Shown here piece after piece: positions 10,648-20,709 of a stretch of DNA of 64,000 nt (position 1 is its first letter; each line of letters begins with the position of its first letter). The translations under genes and the position numbers were made by a program. The notes beneath the pieces are model-generated. The model worked only from the letters and a program-made list of their open reading frames with translations, was not told where the DNA came from and did no database searches. This DNA comes from Candidatus Zymogenaceae bacterium (GTDB lineage: Bacteria > Desulfobacterota > Zymogenia > Zymogenales > Zymogenaceae): contig JAFGFE010000035.1 of assembly GCA_016931225.1 (NCBI GenBank), positions 119,638 through 183,637 on the forward strand, written 5' to 3'.

Positions 10648-11697
10648 TTACATTCGTCGGAGCTCTTCCGTCAGACGGGGCAGCATTTTGGAAAAGTCGA
10701 GCCCCAGCTCGTCTGCGGCGATCTTGACGCCGCCCCCCACGACTGGCAGCCGGGGGGGCACGATCTTCGCGTCGGGATACTCCCGGATGATACACGCCCC
10801 GAAAGGTTCAAGGAGCACATCCCCCGCCTTGAAGACGCCGCCGGCATAGGAAACCAAGAGATCCGGGCGGGTCATCCCCAGCCGTCGGGCCACCGTCACC
10901 ACCGCCAACGCCAACTCCTCTGCCGCCCGTGCCATCACATCCCGCGCCACGGCATCCCCCTTCTCGGCCTCTTGTGCGACGATGGTGGCCGCCTTAGAAA
11001 TGCGCTCCCGGGAAAGCCCCGAGCCGTAGTTGACCTCCTCGGCGGTTCCCTCTTCGATCTCTTCGTGGGTCAGAATCTCACCGATGTAGACGGGTACCTG
11101 CACCAGGAACATATCCCCAACGCCGAAATGGGGAGGGAACGCCTCGGTGAGACTGGTGGGCTTCCCCCGGCCATCGAAGGCCTTTGCGGCGGCGCGAAGG
11201 CCCATCACGGCGATGTCGTATCCGCTTCCCTCGTCTCCCATGATGTGTCCCCATCCTCCCACCTGGAGCCCCTCGCCGCTCGGGTTTCTGCCGTAAATCG
11301 ACGAGCCGGTTCCTGCGGTGGCCACCACGCCGCCGGTCTCCTCCGCCTGCGGCAGCGCCCCCAAAAAACCCGCCACCATGTCGCCGGTGATGTGGATGGG
11401 CGTTTCGGGGTAGTATTCACCGATGAGTCCCTCCACATACACCGCACCCTCCCGGTTGTGGCCGACGCCCGCGGTATCCCCCGCTATGATCAGAACATCG
11501 TCCATTGCGGCATGTGCGTCTGTAACGGCCTGGGCAACAGCGCTCCTGAGGCTTTCCTTGACCACCTCAATGGGGGCCAGCACATGGTTGCCGGGGCCGG
11601 ACTCCCCCCATCCCACAGCCTTTCCTTCGGTGGTGACGGCTACAGCCACGGTCTTGGTGCCGCCGCCGTCTATGGAGATGATCAGCTTTTCGGTCAT
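10648..11697 (-). CDS. BadF/BadG/BcrA/BcrD-type ATPase, N-acetylglucosamine/MurNAc kinase-like
   Basis: 349 aa; N-terminal ISIDGGGTKT actin-fold ATPase motif, family and size of eukaryotic-type GlcNAc kinases/MurK; located in amino-sugar cluster. Confidence 0.5.
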   Translation of the reverse strand: MTEKLIISIDGGGTKTVAVAVTTEGKAVGWGESGPGNHVLAPIEVVKESLRSAVAQAVTDAHAAMDDVLIIAGDTAGVGHNREGAVYVEGLIGEYYPETPIHITGDMVAGFLGALPQAEETGGVVATAGTGSSIYGRNPSGEGLQVGGWGHIMGDEGSGYDIAVMGLRAAAKAFDGRGKPTSLTEAFPPHFGVGDMFLVQVPVYIGEILTHEEIEEGTAEEVNYGSGLSRERISKAATIVAQEAEKGDAVARDVMARAAEELALAVVTVARRLGMTRPDLLVSYAGGVFKAGDVLLEPFGACIIREYPDAKIVPPRLPVVGGGVKIAADELGLDFSKMLPRLTEELRRM

Positions 11698-11704
11698 CGT
11701 CTTT

Positions 11705-13045
11705 CTATTTCTCCCCCATGATTTTCTTCGTCTCCTCGGGAGAGTCGCCGAGCTTGTAGCCGAAGAGAATGAAAAATCCGATCAGGGAGGTGATTCCCAG
11801 CATGATCCATACGAGACGGATCCCGAGATCGTTGCCCACTCCATATCCGAAGTTTTTGAACAACAGCGGCAGGATGATCGTGGAAAGGGCGAAACCCACC
11901 TTCCGGGAAAATCCGAAGACGCCGTAGTACATGGCCTCTCGGCGTTTTCCGGTCTTCATCTGGTCGTAATCCACCACGTCCCCCATCATGGCGTATACCA
12001 GGATCATGAATCCTCCCAGGGGTATGCTCACCAGGGGAAAGAGCACGAAGGCCTGTGTGATCACCGACACGCCGGGGACGGCGCCCACGAAGAAGATAAT
12101 GGCGAAAAGCGGCGACAGTGCGATTGATATCGCCCTGAGGAGTGTGCGCTTGCTGTATTTTTTCGCCAGCCACATCCAGAGGGGGATCGACGCGACCATG
12201 CAGAGGATGAACTCCGCCTGGAGATACATCACGAAGGCCTCCTCACGCTGGAGGACGACCGTCACGAAGTACGGGATGACCACCAAGAGCACCTCGTAGC
12301 ACATGTAGAGGGCGATAATGGCAAGGCCGAAGGCCAGAAACTGCTTATTTCCGAAGGTGTTCTTTAAAGAATCCCATACGGACATCTTGACGTCCGCCTG
12401 GGAAAACTCCCGGGGCAGCTCCTTGACGCCGGGAAGACACATATACATCGTCACAAGGCCGATGGCCCCCACCACCAGGGCCATCTTGAAGGGCCCCATG
12501 TTCTGATAGAGCCCCGGGGCGATGAGCGCCACCAGCAGAAAACCGATGATGGCGTAGACCAGCTTCCACGAGGTCAGCTTCACCCGGTCGTCCGACGTTA
12601 GGGCGATCTCCGCCAGGAGCGCGTCATAGGGAATGCCGATGGCGGTGTAGAACAGGAAGTATATCGTGAATATGACCGCCAGGTATATGATGTTCAGGTT
12701 GGAGACTCCCTCTACCGGGGGGGTCCACAGGAAGATGAACGCGATAATCATCACCGGGGTGCCGAAGATGATGAAGGGCTTTCGGCGTCCCCATCGGCTC
12801 TGGAAGTTATCCGAGAAATTGCCAATCAAGGGATCGGTGATCGCATCGAACACTCGTCCCGCCGTCAGGATGATGCCGGTCCAGATGATGGGGATATAGG
12901 CGATGTTTCCCGATTCCTCGGGAGGCGCCAGAAAATACATGATCCAGGTGAAGAGCACCCCCTCGACAAAGTTCAGGCTGATGGACCCCCAATTGTAGAA
13001 AAAAACCTCTTTGTTACTCAGCTTCTTTTCGAATTGCTCGGCCAT
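11705..13045 (-). CDS. MFS glycoside-pentoside-hexuronide (GPH):cation symporter family transporter
   Basis: 446 aa, ~12 predicted hydrophobic helices, GPH-like conserved D/R-rich loop (GRVFDAITDPLIGNFSD). Confidence 0.6.
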   Translation of the reverse strand: MAEQFEKKLSNKEVFFYNWGSISLNFVEGVLFTWIMYFLAPPEESGNIAYIPIIWTGIILTAGRVFDAITDPLIGNFSDNFQSRWGRRKPFIIFGTPVMIIAFIFLWTPPVEGVSNLNIIYLAVIFTIYFLFYTAIGIPYDALLAEIALTSDDRVKLTSWKLVYAIIGFLLVALIAPGLYQNMGPFKMALVVGAIGLVTMYMCLPGVKELPREFSQADVKMSVWDSLKNTFGNKQFLAFGLAIIALYMCYEVLLVVIPYFVTVVLQREEAFVMYLQAEFILCMVASIPLWMWLAKKYSKRTLLRAISIALSPLFAIIFFVGAVPGVSVITQAFVLFPLVSIPLGGFMILVYAMMGDVVDYDQMKTGKRREAMYYGVFGFSRKVGFALSTIILPLLFKNFGYGVGNDLGIRLVWIMLGITSLIGFFILFGYKLGDSPEETKKIMGEK

Positions 13046-13376
13046 AAGACGCCTCCGCTGATATTCAGATATGGTATAAATTCTTCCTTCTATACCCTCC
13101 GCCGGTCTTTGGGATGAAAAGAGAAAAATCTCTGATCATGGTTTTTCACATCCCTGAAACAACAGCAGCCAAAAATCCGACCGCAACTCACCCACAGATG
13201 ACGCATCATACACGAAATCGTGCAGGGATTCCAGCTTTTCAATATATAATTTTGAGGCCCACCGGCCATAGAGAGTGATACGCCCTTTTGCGGTCGACAT
13301 TCTCATACCACGACCGACGCATCCGATATCGTCGCGCATCGGACATCCCCCGAATACCGACATCCTGACATATGGC

Positions 13377-14252
13377 CTATCGGCTTTCTATTATTCGGTG
13401 AGACAGCCGCCATCGGGCCGTCTCTCCCGGAGACAGGGTGATGCGGTAAAACGGCTCCGGAGAATAGACCCGGGGCTCATACCAGATTCTCAGAAACGCC
13501 AGGGGGAAATCACCCTCAACCACAAGGCGGCGATCATGGGTCCTGTTTCCCACCTCGAAGCGGTTGAAGAGGCCCATATCAGCCGGTTCGAATTCCAACA
13601 GCTGGGTTGAGAGTTGGGAAAAGTCATTGGGGAGAAAGTGCCGTCCGGCGTCATCGACAACCAGCGGCTGAATAAAATCGTACGAGGGCCTGAGGGTTGC
13701 CGGCAGTCCGACATAGCAGTCACCCCCCATCCCACCCGGCGCTACGAAGGGATGACAATACCAGAGGGTTTGAATGGGGCGATGGTCGCATCGGTTCTCG
13801 AGGGAATGGGAGACGACGAATCCGGCCTCGCCTTCAAGGAGCGACACCTCCTTTTCCAACAGGTAACCGAGGGCCCCCTCCTTCACGTCCTGGACGAACC
13901 GGATACGTTCCCCTTCCTCCTCTACCTCCCAGGGGAATATCTCCACGACTCCCGGCTCCTCACAGAACCTGTAGCCACCGGGGCGGACAAGATTGATAAC
14001 GCCGACGCCGATCTTGACGGCCCTGATCGCTTTACCCGGGTCGTCTCCGATCATCATCGGAGTGATGAATTCGTCCGGATATCCAAAGCCAACCACCCGA
14101 TTCTTCGGGAATTCTCTTGAGATGAACGAATGCCCGGCGGAATCGGTGAAGTCGTCGATCCATCCCCCCAGCACAAAGCGCACGCTCAGCCCCTGAGTGG
14201 AAGTCGGTATATCGAGAAAGCCGACATCGAGGAGATCATGTGTAATCCTCAT
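13377..14252 (-). CDS. hypothetical protein, possible aldose-1-epimerase/mutarotase-like fold
   Basis: 291 aa; WYCHPFV motif resembles the HPYFN motif of mutarotases; no other clear signature. Confidence 0.3.
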   Translation of the reverse strand: MRITHDLLDVGFLDIPTSTQGLSVRFVLGGWIDDFTDSAGHSFISREFPKNRVVGFGYPDEFITPMMIGDDPGKAIRAVKIGVGVINLVRPGGYRFCEEPGVVEIFPWEVEEEGERIRFVQDVKEGALGYLLEKEVSLLEGEAGFVVSHSLENRCDHRPIQTLWYCHPFVAPGGMGGDCYVGLPATLRPSYDFIQPLVVDDAGRHFLPNDFSQLSTQLLEFEPADMGLFNRFEVGNRTHDRRLVVEGDFPLAFLRIWYEPRVYSPEPFYRITLSPGETARWRLSHRIIESR

Positions 14253-14375
14253 GGATCCGCCGCTTCAAGGTGAATATTATATAAGAGAAACAGTTATAAT
14301 TGCGAATTGTGAAAATAGAGTGCTCATATCCGGTGAATACCGATGTAAATCATACACAAAAGGAGATACCTTAAG

Positions 14376-15110
14376 TTACAGGTGCTTGATTCTTCCCCGG
14401 TATCTGGTCAGTTCCTTGGCCAGTTGCTCCATCTGGGCGGTATCCATATTAACGCTGCGGAAAATCGCCGGCGCCTTGCCCTTTTTCGCCAGAATGCTGG
14501 TCGCCTCGATAATGACGGCATGAAGAATGATGCCGCCGATGATGCCGGAGGTCGCCCCCATGGGCGCGTTTGTGCCTTCAATATCCAGTACGGCGTCGCC
14601 TGCGGGTCCCAGGTTGTCGATCACGACGTCCGCCACTTCAAAAAGCCGTTTTTTCGAGGAATGGGCCGATTCCACATTCTTGGAATGCTCAAGGCTGGTC
14701 AATGCGATGACCTCAGCCCCCATGTCTTTCATTTTTAACGCCATCTCCACCGGGGCCACGTTTTTCCCTGAGTTAGAGATGATGATGGCCACATCCCCGG
14801 ACCTGATGTCATGACTGGAGGCGGCGGTCACAGCGGTGCCCGGAGTACGCTCCATGGTGGAGCTTCTCAAGGCGCCGTTTGACAACAAGAACGACGGATC
14901 AAGTATGGCGTTGACCGGAACAATCCCGCCCGCCCGGCAGAATATCTCCTGAGCCACCAGCGTTGAATGGCCTGAGCCGAAGGTGTGAACGACCCGCTCG
15001 GATTCAATAGCCCGGGCGATTATCCGTGCCGATTCCTGGATCGCTTCCGCCTGGGTTTCCCGAATGCGGGTCGTTAAATCGATCACTTTTTCAAAAAACT
15101 TCTCCCACAT
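14376..15110 (-). CDS. SIS (sugar isomerase) domain protein
   Basis: 244 aa; VHTFGSGHS and IIISNSGKN motifs characteristic of SIS phosphosugar-binding domain (UPF0309-like size). Confidence 0.55.
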   Translation of the reverse strand: MWEKFFEKVIDLTTRIRETQAEAIQESARIIARAIESERVVHTFGSGHSTLVAQEIFCRAGGIVPVNAILDPSFLLSNGALRSSTMERTPGTAVTAASSHDIRSGDVAIIISNSGKNVAPVEMALKMKDMGAEVIALTSLEHSKNVESAHSSKKRLFEVADVVIDNLGPAGDAVLDIEGTNAPMGATSGIIGGIILHAVIIEATSILAKKGKAPAIFRSVNMDTAQMEQLAKELTRYRGRIKHL

Positions 15111-15152
15111 GTTTTCCTCTCCTTCTATTTCTGTTACACAATGGTGATTTTA

Positions 15153-15971
15153 TCACGGAATGAGCTTTCGCGCTCGGGGACAGAAGGGACACAGTTCCCA
15201 GGAGCACAAAAGTGCATTCGGCTCTCTTTTCAGGAGGCCGGCAATAAGCGTCAAAGCCCCTCTCCCGTCGATACGCTGCAGAAGCACATTTCCAACACGG
15301 TGATACGTTATCAGTCCAGCCTCCTTGAGTGGCTGTTCAACGGCGATAAAATTTATGCTGCACCCCGGATTCTCCCGCGGCGGAACCTGAGTGATTGATC
15401 CGTCCGGCAGTCGCATCATGAGGTCTTTCGCGTAGTCGTCGTTATAGGGAAGATCGAGGTAGGGCACCCGAGCAACGGCCTCGGCCACATGGACGGCGGA
15501 GTTTGCCCAGTGTCCCACTCCCAATAAAAGTATATCTCCGCCGTCCTCAATGATGCGATGTATGGGGGAGCCGACCCCCAGGGCCGTGGCGTTCTTGTGG
15601 GCGTCGGCATACATCTGAGCGTCACGCCCCCACACGGCGACGGAATGAGACGGATGAATGCTTCGAATGACATCATCCTGTTTTCTGAACGTCTCACAGA
15701 TAATCCCCAGGGTGGCGGGGGTTTCCCTGGCCTCGAAGACCTCCGCCGGGGGCAGCGTGAATGCGGGCATCATAATGACGCCTCTGGCGGTGACCATCTC
15801 CTTGAGCGTGTCGATTATTGTATCCGCACCGCCGTCCACCCGGCCCATCATCCGGAGGCCGGAGTGTACCAGGTATGCATCACCCGCGGCGACGCCGAGG
15901 GCCTGAAGGGCGTTTTTAAATGTTTCATGGTTCAGAGTTGTCGAGACCATTTTCCCATCACCGTTGTACAT
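15153..15971 (-). CDS. AAC(3)-family N-acetyltransferase (aminoglycoside-3-N-acetyltransferase-like)
   Basis: 272 aa; YLVHSGLRMMG..GGADTII..GVIMMPAFT pattern matches AAC(3) family core. Confidence 0.55.
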   Translation of the reverse strand: MYNGDGKMVSTTLNHETFKNALQALGVAAGDAYLVHSGLRMMGRVDGGADTIIDTLKEMVTARGVIMMPAFTLPPAEVFEARETPATLGIICETFRKQDDVIRSIHPSHSVAVWGRDAQMYADAHKNATALGVGSPIHRIIEDGGDILLLGVGHWANSAVHVAEAVARVPYLDLPYNDDYAKDLMMRLPDGSITQVPPRENPGCSINFIAVEQPLKEAGLITYHRVGNVLLQRIDGRGALTLIAGLLKREPNALLCSWELCPFCPRARKLIP

Positions 15972-16965
15972 TCATCAACCCAGTATCGGGTACCGTATCT
16001 CGGGGGACCGTTGTATCGACGCTTTATCCCTCTTTACATGAGGATGCAAAAAGTACCTCTCTCACCGAATACATCAAGATAATGTTTATGTATTCTTAAA
16101 TTGTCTCATGTTCGGTGCTGTTAGTATTTTGTATGTATTCTTTCGTATGAATACTATAAGTTTTTCTACGGATACTCTGATATAACTGTGTATTAATTCT
16201 ATCCGTATGTTTGCCTCATCGCTCCCTACGTCCGTACAAATGAATACGAACTGTCTTTTCGCTCAAGATCCTCATTTCACCCGTACTCCGACCACCGACA
16301 GCAAGTCGATTCGATCGGAGCGGCTTGGATGTGTCAAGCCGGGGATCTTCGTTGACGCCCATACCTCCCGGCGTCACCGATACGACTCCCGGCTTCGCAT
16401 GTATATGCCCGGCGTCTCGAAATATCAACCCGTAACCCAACATCCAATCGTTCGGTCACGGTCATCTTCGTCCAGGGCTTCCCTCATCAATGGATATCCC
16501 CATCCTGTCGATGTGTGTTCCGCCGAATGCGGCTTTCCCGATAACCACCGGAAGCCGCCGAGACGTCCGGACCGCCGTTCGAACAAAAATGGGTGAATCG
16601 ACGAACAACGGCGGCGGGCGGTCCCGATTCCTTTCCCACCGGAAATTATCGGCATACGTATCGATATTTGAATAGTTTACTACAATATTGAGAAAAATGG
16701 TAACAAAAAAGAAATGGTTTGTGATACCATTTCGTATGAGGATGTGAGATATCGGTTTTTCGATTATTGGCTTATTATATTTCTGCGATATACACCGGCC
16801 CGCCGACCGTTATCGATATATCCATACGCGCCTCAGGGAATTTTATGTTTTTGTTTCCTGTTCCAGCCCGAATACCGGAACGTTCTTGACCTTTTCAGCT
16901 TCATCACGTATGATAAATATTTCCTATTCGATTTTGAAACCATGTGAAACTTGGAGATTCGTGTA

Positions 16966-17826
16966 ATGAATACATACAGCGGAACGAGTACCTATATCGT
17001 ATCCCCGGAGCTTGAGGACGCCGTCAATGTTTCCATCGCCCTCAAAAGACCGCTTCTGGTCAAGGGCGAGCCGGGAACCGGCAAGACCTTGCTCGCCCAC
17101 TCCATCGCGGAGAACCTCAAAAAGAAGATCATCACCTGGAACATAAAGTCCACCACAAAGGCCCAGGACGGCCTCTATGTGTACGACACCGTCCAGCGGC
17201 TGAACGACGCCCGCTTCGGCGACGGGGACATCTCGGACATAAGCCGTTACATCAAGCTGGGGAAATTAGGGCAATCCTTCGACAGCGACGAGCAGGTGGT
17301 GCTCCTCATAGACGAGATAGACAAGGCGGATATAGAATTTCCCAACGACCTCCTCAACGAAATGGACGTGATGTCCTTTCACATCCCGGAAACCGACGAG
17401 ACCATCACGGCGAAACACCGGCCCATCGTCATCATCACCTCAAACAGCGAGAAGGAGCTGCCGGACCCCTTCCTCCGACGCTGCGTGTTTCACTATATCG
17501 CCTTTCCGGACGAAACGCTGATGGAGGAGATAATCCGGGTGCATTTTCCGGACATAGAGCGGAAACTTATGGATGCGGTGCTTGCGAAATTCTACTGGAT
17601 CCGATCCATCAACAAGCTTCGTAAAAAGCCCTCCACCTCGGAACTGGTGGACTGGGTGCAGGCCCTCGTCGTGGGAGGCGTGGATCCCGGCGAAATCGAG
17701 GAATCGATACCGTTTCTGGGCACCCTGATCAAGAAATACGAGGATTACGAAGCGCTGGACCGTCAGGTCGATTACGACCGTACCTATCGGAAATATCGGG
17801 AGTCCCGCTCCCGATACGATAACTGA
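16966..17826 (+). CDS. MoxR-family AAA+ ATPase
   Basis: ORF 16951 begins at TTG; ATG at 16966 preceded by GGAG. Walker A GEPGTGKT, Walker B LLIDEIDKA, ~290 aa MoxR/CbbQ/NorQ architecture. Confidence 0.7.
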   Translation: MNTYSGTSTYIVSPELEDAVNVSIALKRPLLVKGEPGTGKTLLAHSIAENLKKKIITWNIKSTTKAQDGLYVYDTVQRLNDARFGDGDISDISRYIKLGKLGQSFDSDEQVVLLIDEIDKADIEFPNDLLNEMDVMSFHIPETDETITAKHRPIVIITSNSEKELPDPFLRRCVFHYIAFPDETLMEEIIRVHFPDIERKLMDAVLAKFYWIRSINKLRKKPSTSELVDWVQALVVGGVDPGEIEESIPFLGTLIKKYEDYEALDRQVDYDRTYRKYRESRSRYDN

Positions 17827-17843
17827 GAACGATTACAAAGAAC

Positions 17844-19010
17844 ATGTTCACCGATTTTTTCTTTGAATTGAAGTCCCGCGGTGTGCCGATCTCCCTGCAC
17901 GAATGGATCGCCCTGCACGAGGCGCTCTCTCAGGATTTAAATCGCGCGAGCCTCGACCGCTTCTACCACATCGCCCGCTCCATCCTGGTCAAGGACGAGG
18001 CGCTGTTCGACAAGTACGACATGGCCTTTGCCTCATACTTCAAGGGGATAGAGACGCCCGAGGAGATGATAGATGAAATCCTCCGGGGACTGGAACGAGC
18101 GCCGGAGCTGGCCCTGACCCCGGAGCAGAAGGCGCTTATCGAGGCGTTGGACCTGGAGCAGGTCCGGGCGAACTTCGAAAAACAGTGGCAAGAGGGACGA
18201 TACAAGGGACACAAGGGGGGAAACCGGGCCATCGGCACCGGCGGCACGTCCACCCAGGGCGCCTTCGGATACCACCCCACCGGCGTCCGGGTGGGACAGG
18301 GGGAATCGAGGCATCGCCGGGCCATCCAGGTGGCCGAGGAACGGCAGTTCAAAAACTACTCGTCCGACCGCATCCTGGATACCCGAAACCTCAAGGTGGC
18401 CCTCTCAAGGCTTCGCACCCTGCTCCCCCTGGGGCCCGAGGACGAGCTGGATATCGAGAAGACCATCGATAAAACCGCCAGAAACGCCGGCGAGATCGAT
18501 CTCGTATGGGAAAAGAGCCTCACCAATACCGCGAAGGTGCTGCTGTTGATGGACTCCGGCGGCTCAATGGACGATTACGTGGACCTGGCGGAAAGGCTCT
18601 TCTCCGCCGCGAAGACCCAGATAAAGGACCTGAAGTACTTCTATTTCCACAACTGCATCTACCAGGACATCTATACCGACATGTACCGCAGGAGTAATTA
18701 CGAGACGATGTCTCTCTTGCGGCGTTTCGGGAGCGACTACAAGTGCATTGTGGTGGGAGACGCGGACATGGCCCCCAGCGAGCTCCTGCATAAAAACGGG
18801 GCTATTCATTACTTCTACTATAACGACACGCCGGGCATTCAGTGGCTCCAGCACATCAAGAATCACTTCAAAAAGGCTGTCTGGCTCAATCCCCGTCCCG
18901 CCTCGGTCTGGCCCCGGACCGATACCATCCCCCTGGTCCAGGAAGTCTTTCCGATGTATGAGCTCAGTCTTTCCGGCCTGACCGATGCGGTGAAATTCCT
19001 GATGAAATAA
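17844..19010 (+). CDS. VWA domain protein, CoxE-like partner of MoxR ATPase
   Basis: 388 aa; 18 nt downstream of MoxR gene; C-terminal region with VLLLMDSGGSM (MIDAS-like DxSxS) VWA motif. Confidence 0.6.
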   Translation: MFTDFFFELKSRGVPISLHEWIALHEALSQDLNRASLDRFYHIARSILVKDEALFDKYDMAFASYFKGIETPEEMIDEILRGLERAPELALTPEQKALIEALDLEQVRANFEKQWQEGRYKGHKGGNRAIGTGGTSTQGAFGYHPTGVRVGQGESRHRRAIQVAEERQFKNYSSDRILDTRNLKVALSRLRTLLPLGPEDELDIEKTIDKTARNAGEIDLVWEKSLTNTAKVLLLMDSGGSMDDYVDLAERLFSAAKTQIKDLKYFYFHNCIYQDIYTDMYRRSNYETMSLLRRFGSDYKCIVVGDADMAPSELLHKNGAIHYFYYNDTPGIQWLQHIKNHFKKAVWLNPRPASVWPRTDTIPLVQEVFPMYELSLSGLTDAVKFLMK

Positions 19011-19014
19011 AAGG

Positions 19015-19037
19015 GGGCGGGACGTTCTCCCGCCCCT
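19015..19037. terminator. hairpin terminator between convergent VWA and V4R-A genes
   Basis: GGGCGGGA-cgttc-TCCCGCCC with AAAA/TTTT flanks. Confidence 0.5.
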
Positions 19038-19234
19038 CATGTTGAATTCGCCTATCCAAACCAGACGATCGTCCGATGCTATCGGCGGCGCATCGATCGC
19101 CATCCTTTCAGATTTCTCGATTTTCCAATGTTCCGTTACCCTCGTATTTCACCGCCCTTTCGGAATTCCTTTAGAATTCGAAACGTAAGGATATCCCTCT
19201 TTTTTCCGTTGCGGTGATCGGCGATACCACGTCG

Positions 19235-20140
19235 TCATCCCTCGGGCATGGATAAGGGAATGGCGTCAAGCTCTTTCCACTCGCTTTCGAGCTCTCTCCA
19301 ATCGAGAATATCTTTCTTGTTGTCCTTGATCTTGTGGGCAAAAGCGCAATACGGGTCGCCCATTGCCCTGCAGCGCACTTCCCGTGTTTCGATGAACTTG
19401 CCCGATAGCTCGTTGATGAGCCCGTTGTAGAAACCATCCATGTAGTTCATGAGCCAGGTGCAAACGGGTCTTCTGCCGTTTGTCATACCGTTGGACTCGT
19501 AGGAATTGGTAATCTTCGCCAGAAACATGTGATTGCAGTCTCTATTCTCATGGGTAAAAACGCGGGCATATGACCATCCGGCGTGTCGAAACGTCCCGAG
19601 ATATACTTTTTCGTCCTGCAAATTCATAAGGTCTTCGAGTTTTATCAACCGATAATCTTCAATGGCCTGCTGCGCCATACCCGCTCCCGACGTTCGTGTC
19701 GCATCTCGAACGATGGCTTTCGTGCCGTTCTCCGTTAGTATCTCATATGATGCTTCTCTGAAATTCCGGATAAAAGAAATCGGCAGGACACGCCATAGTG
19801 ATGACCCAAAGAAACTCAGGTTTCTCGTTTTTCCGTCCCAGACGACGCCGTCCGGGATGCTGCTGCTTCCGATATCTATGGGAACAACCAAGTCGTCCAA
19901 AAATCCCCCGGCGTTCTCTATGCTGGGATTATCCTGAAGCTCCTTGGGTGCTCCGTACAGTTCAAGAATTCTCCTGAAAATCATAATAACAATATCATCC
20001 CCGGCTACTTTTTTCATCTCATCCATAAAGGAAAAAACAAAGTCATACCTTTTAAGGAGCAGACGTTGCTCATCACCTTCTCTATGCAGGGTGATAAGAC
20101 CATCCTTGAGGTTCCATGTGACGGTATTCTCGCTGGCCAT
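19235..20140 (-). CDS. stand-alone XylR_N + V4R (4-vinyl reductase) sensory-domain protein, copy A
   Basis: 301 aa; C-terminal REVRCRAMGDPYCAF cysteine motif typical of V4R domains, N-terminal half resembles XylR/DmpR A-domain; ~85% identical to 26162..27067. Confidence 0.5.
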   Translation of the reverse strand: MASENTVTWNLKDGLITLHREGDEQRLLLKRYDFVFSFMDEMKKVAGDDIVIMIFRRILELYGAPKELQDNPSIENAGGFLDDLVVPIDIGSSSIPDGVVWDGKTRNLSFFGSSLWRVLPISFIRNFREASYEILTENGTKAIVRDATRTSGAGMAQQAIEDYRLIKLEDLMNLQDEKVYLGTFRHAGWSYARVFTHENRDCNHMFLAKITNSYESNGMTNGRRPVCTWLMNYMDGFYNGLINELSGKFIETREVRCRAMGDPYCAFAHKIKDNKKDILDWRELESEWKELDAIPLSMPEG

Positions 20141-20413
20141 TGTATTACCTCCTTCGTCATCAACAAATGGAGAACATCGCGAAAGACCGTCAGAATCTGA
20201 ATCGGATATTCAGCAATCTTGTTGTGCGAAAAAGAGCTATGACCGAAGAAGAGAACTCCTGTGTTTACCAATCCCGCATAGCTCGAACACGGAAGACACC
20301 AATAGAATTTCGTATCCATTTTTCGGACGGCTTCCCGTATAACGTCGAGCTTTCCCTCTCTCGTGGTACACCATTCAATGCAATCATAGAAACTGTTTTC
20401 GTTTACAACTATA

Positions 20414-20442
20414 TTTATAATAGAAAAGTTCGTTTTTGTCAA
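20414..20442 (-). promoter_or_regulatory. sigma70-type promoter of V4R copy A (long leader)
   Basis: minus-strand TTGACA (plus 20437-20442) N17 TATAAA (plus 20414-20419); ~265 nt upstream of ATG at 20140. Confidence 0.5.
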
Positions 20443-20709
20443 GGCCTTTGTTCGTATGTTAATTCTTCCCGATCTCCTTGCGGCAAGACCGCGTATTGAA
20501 ACAGTCGGGTCCGGTCCCCCCGGGGGCCCGCCCAACGCACCCTCCCCGTGGCCCTCCGCCGGGTCGTACATGTCATCGTAAGGGATACAACGCCATTTAT
20601 CTATGCCTACTCCCCCAATTGATTGATCGATAAGAAGGGCTCAAATAGATGTATCCTGTTTCTTTCTTGCATGACCTCTCTACAAAACGAATTTTATGGT
20701 TCTGTGAGG

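Larger units (their letters stand above)
19171..20450. repeat. duplicated segment A (V4R gene + conserved 5' leader/promoter + 3' flank)
   Basis: Nucleotide similarity to 26098..27375 extends ~65 nt beyond the stop and ~300 nt upstream of the start codon. Confidence 0.6.

Noticed and set aside
15153-15971. AAC(3) homologue as an aminoglycoside resistance determinant
   Set aside because: It lies first in an operon with SIS, mutarotase-like and sugar-transport genes, with no mobile element or integron context. A metabolic N-acetyltransferase role is more plausible.
20014-20571. 185-aa minus-strand ORF overlapping the V4R-A start codon and its promoter
   Set aside because: It would start upstream of the mapped TTGACA/TATAAA and run through the V4R start. 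It is not conserved in copy B, so it is probably non-coding leader.
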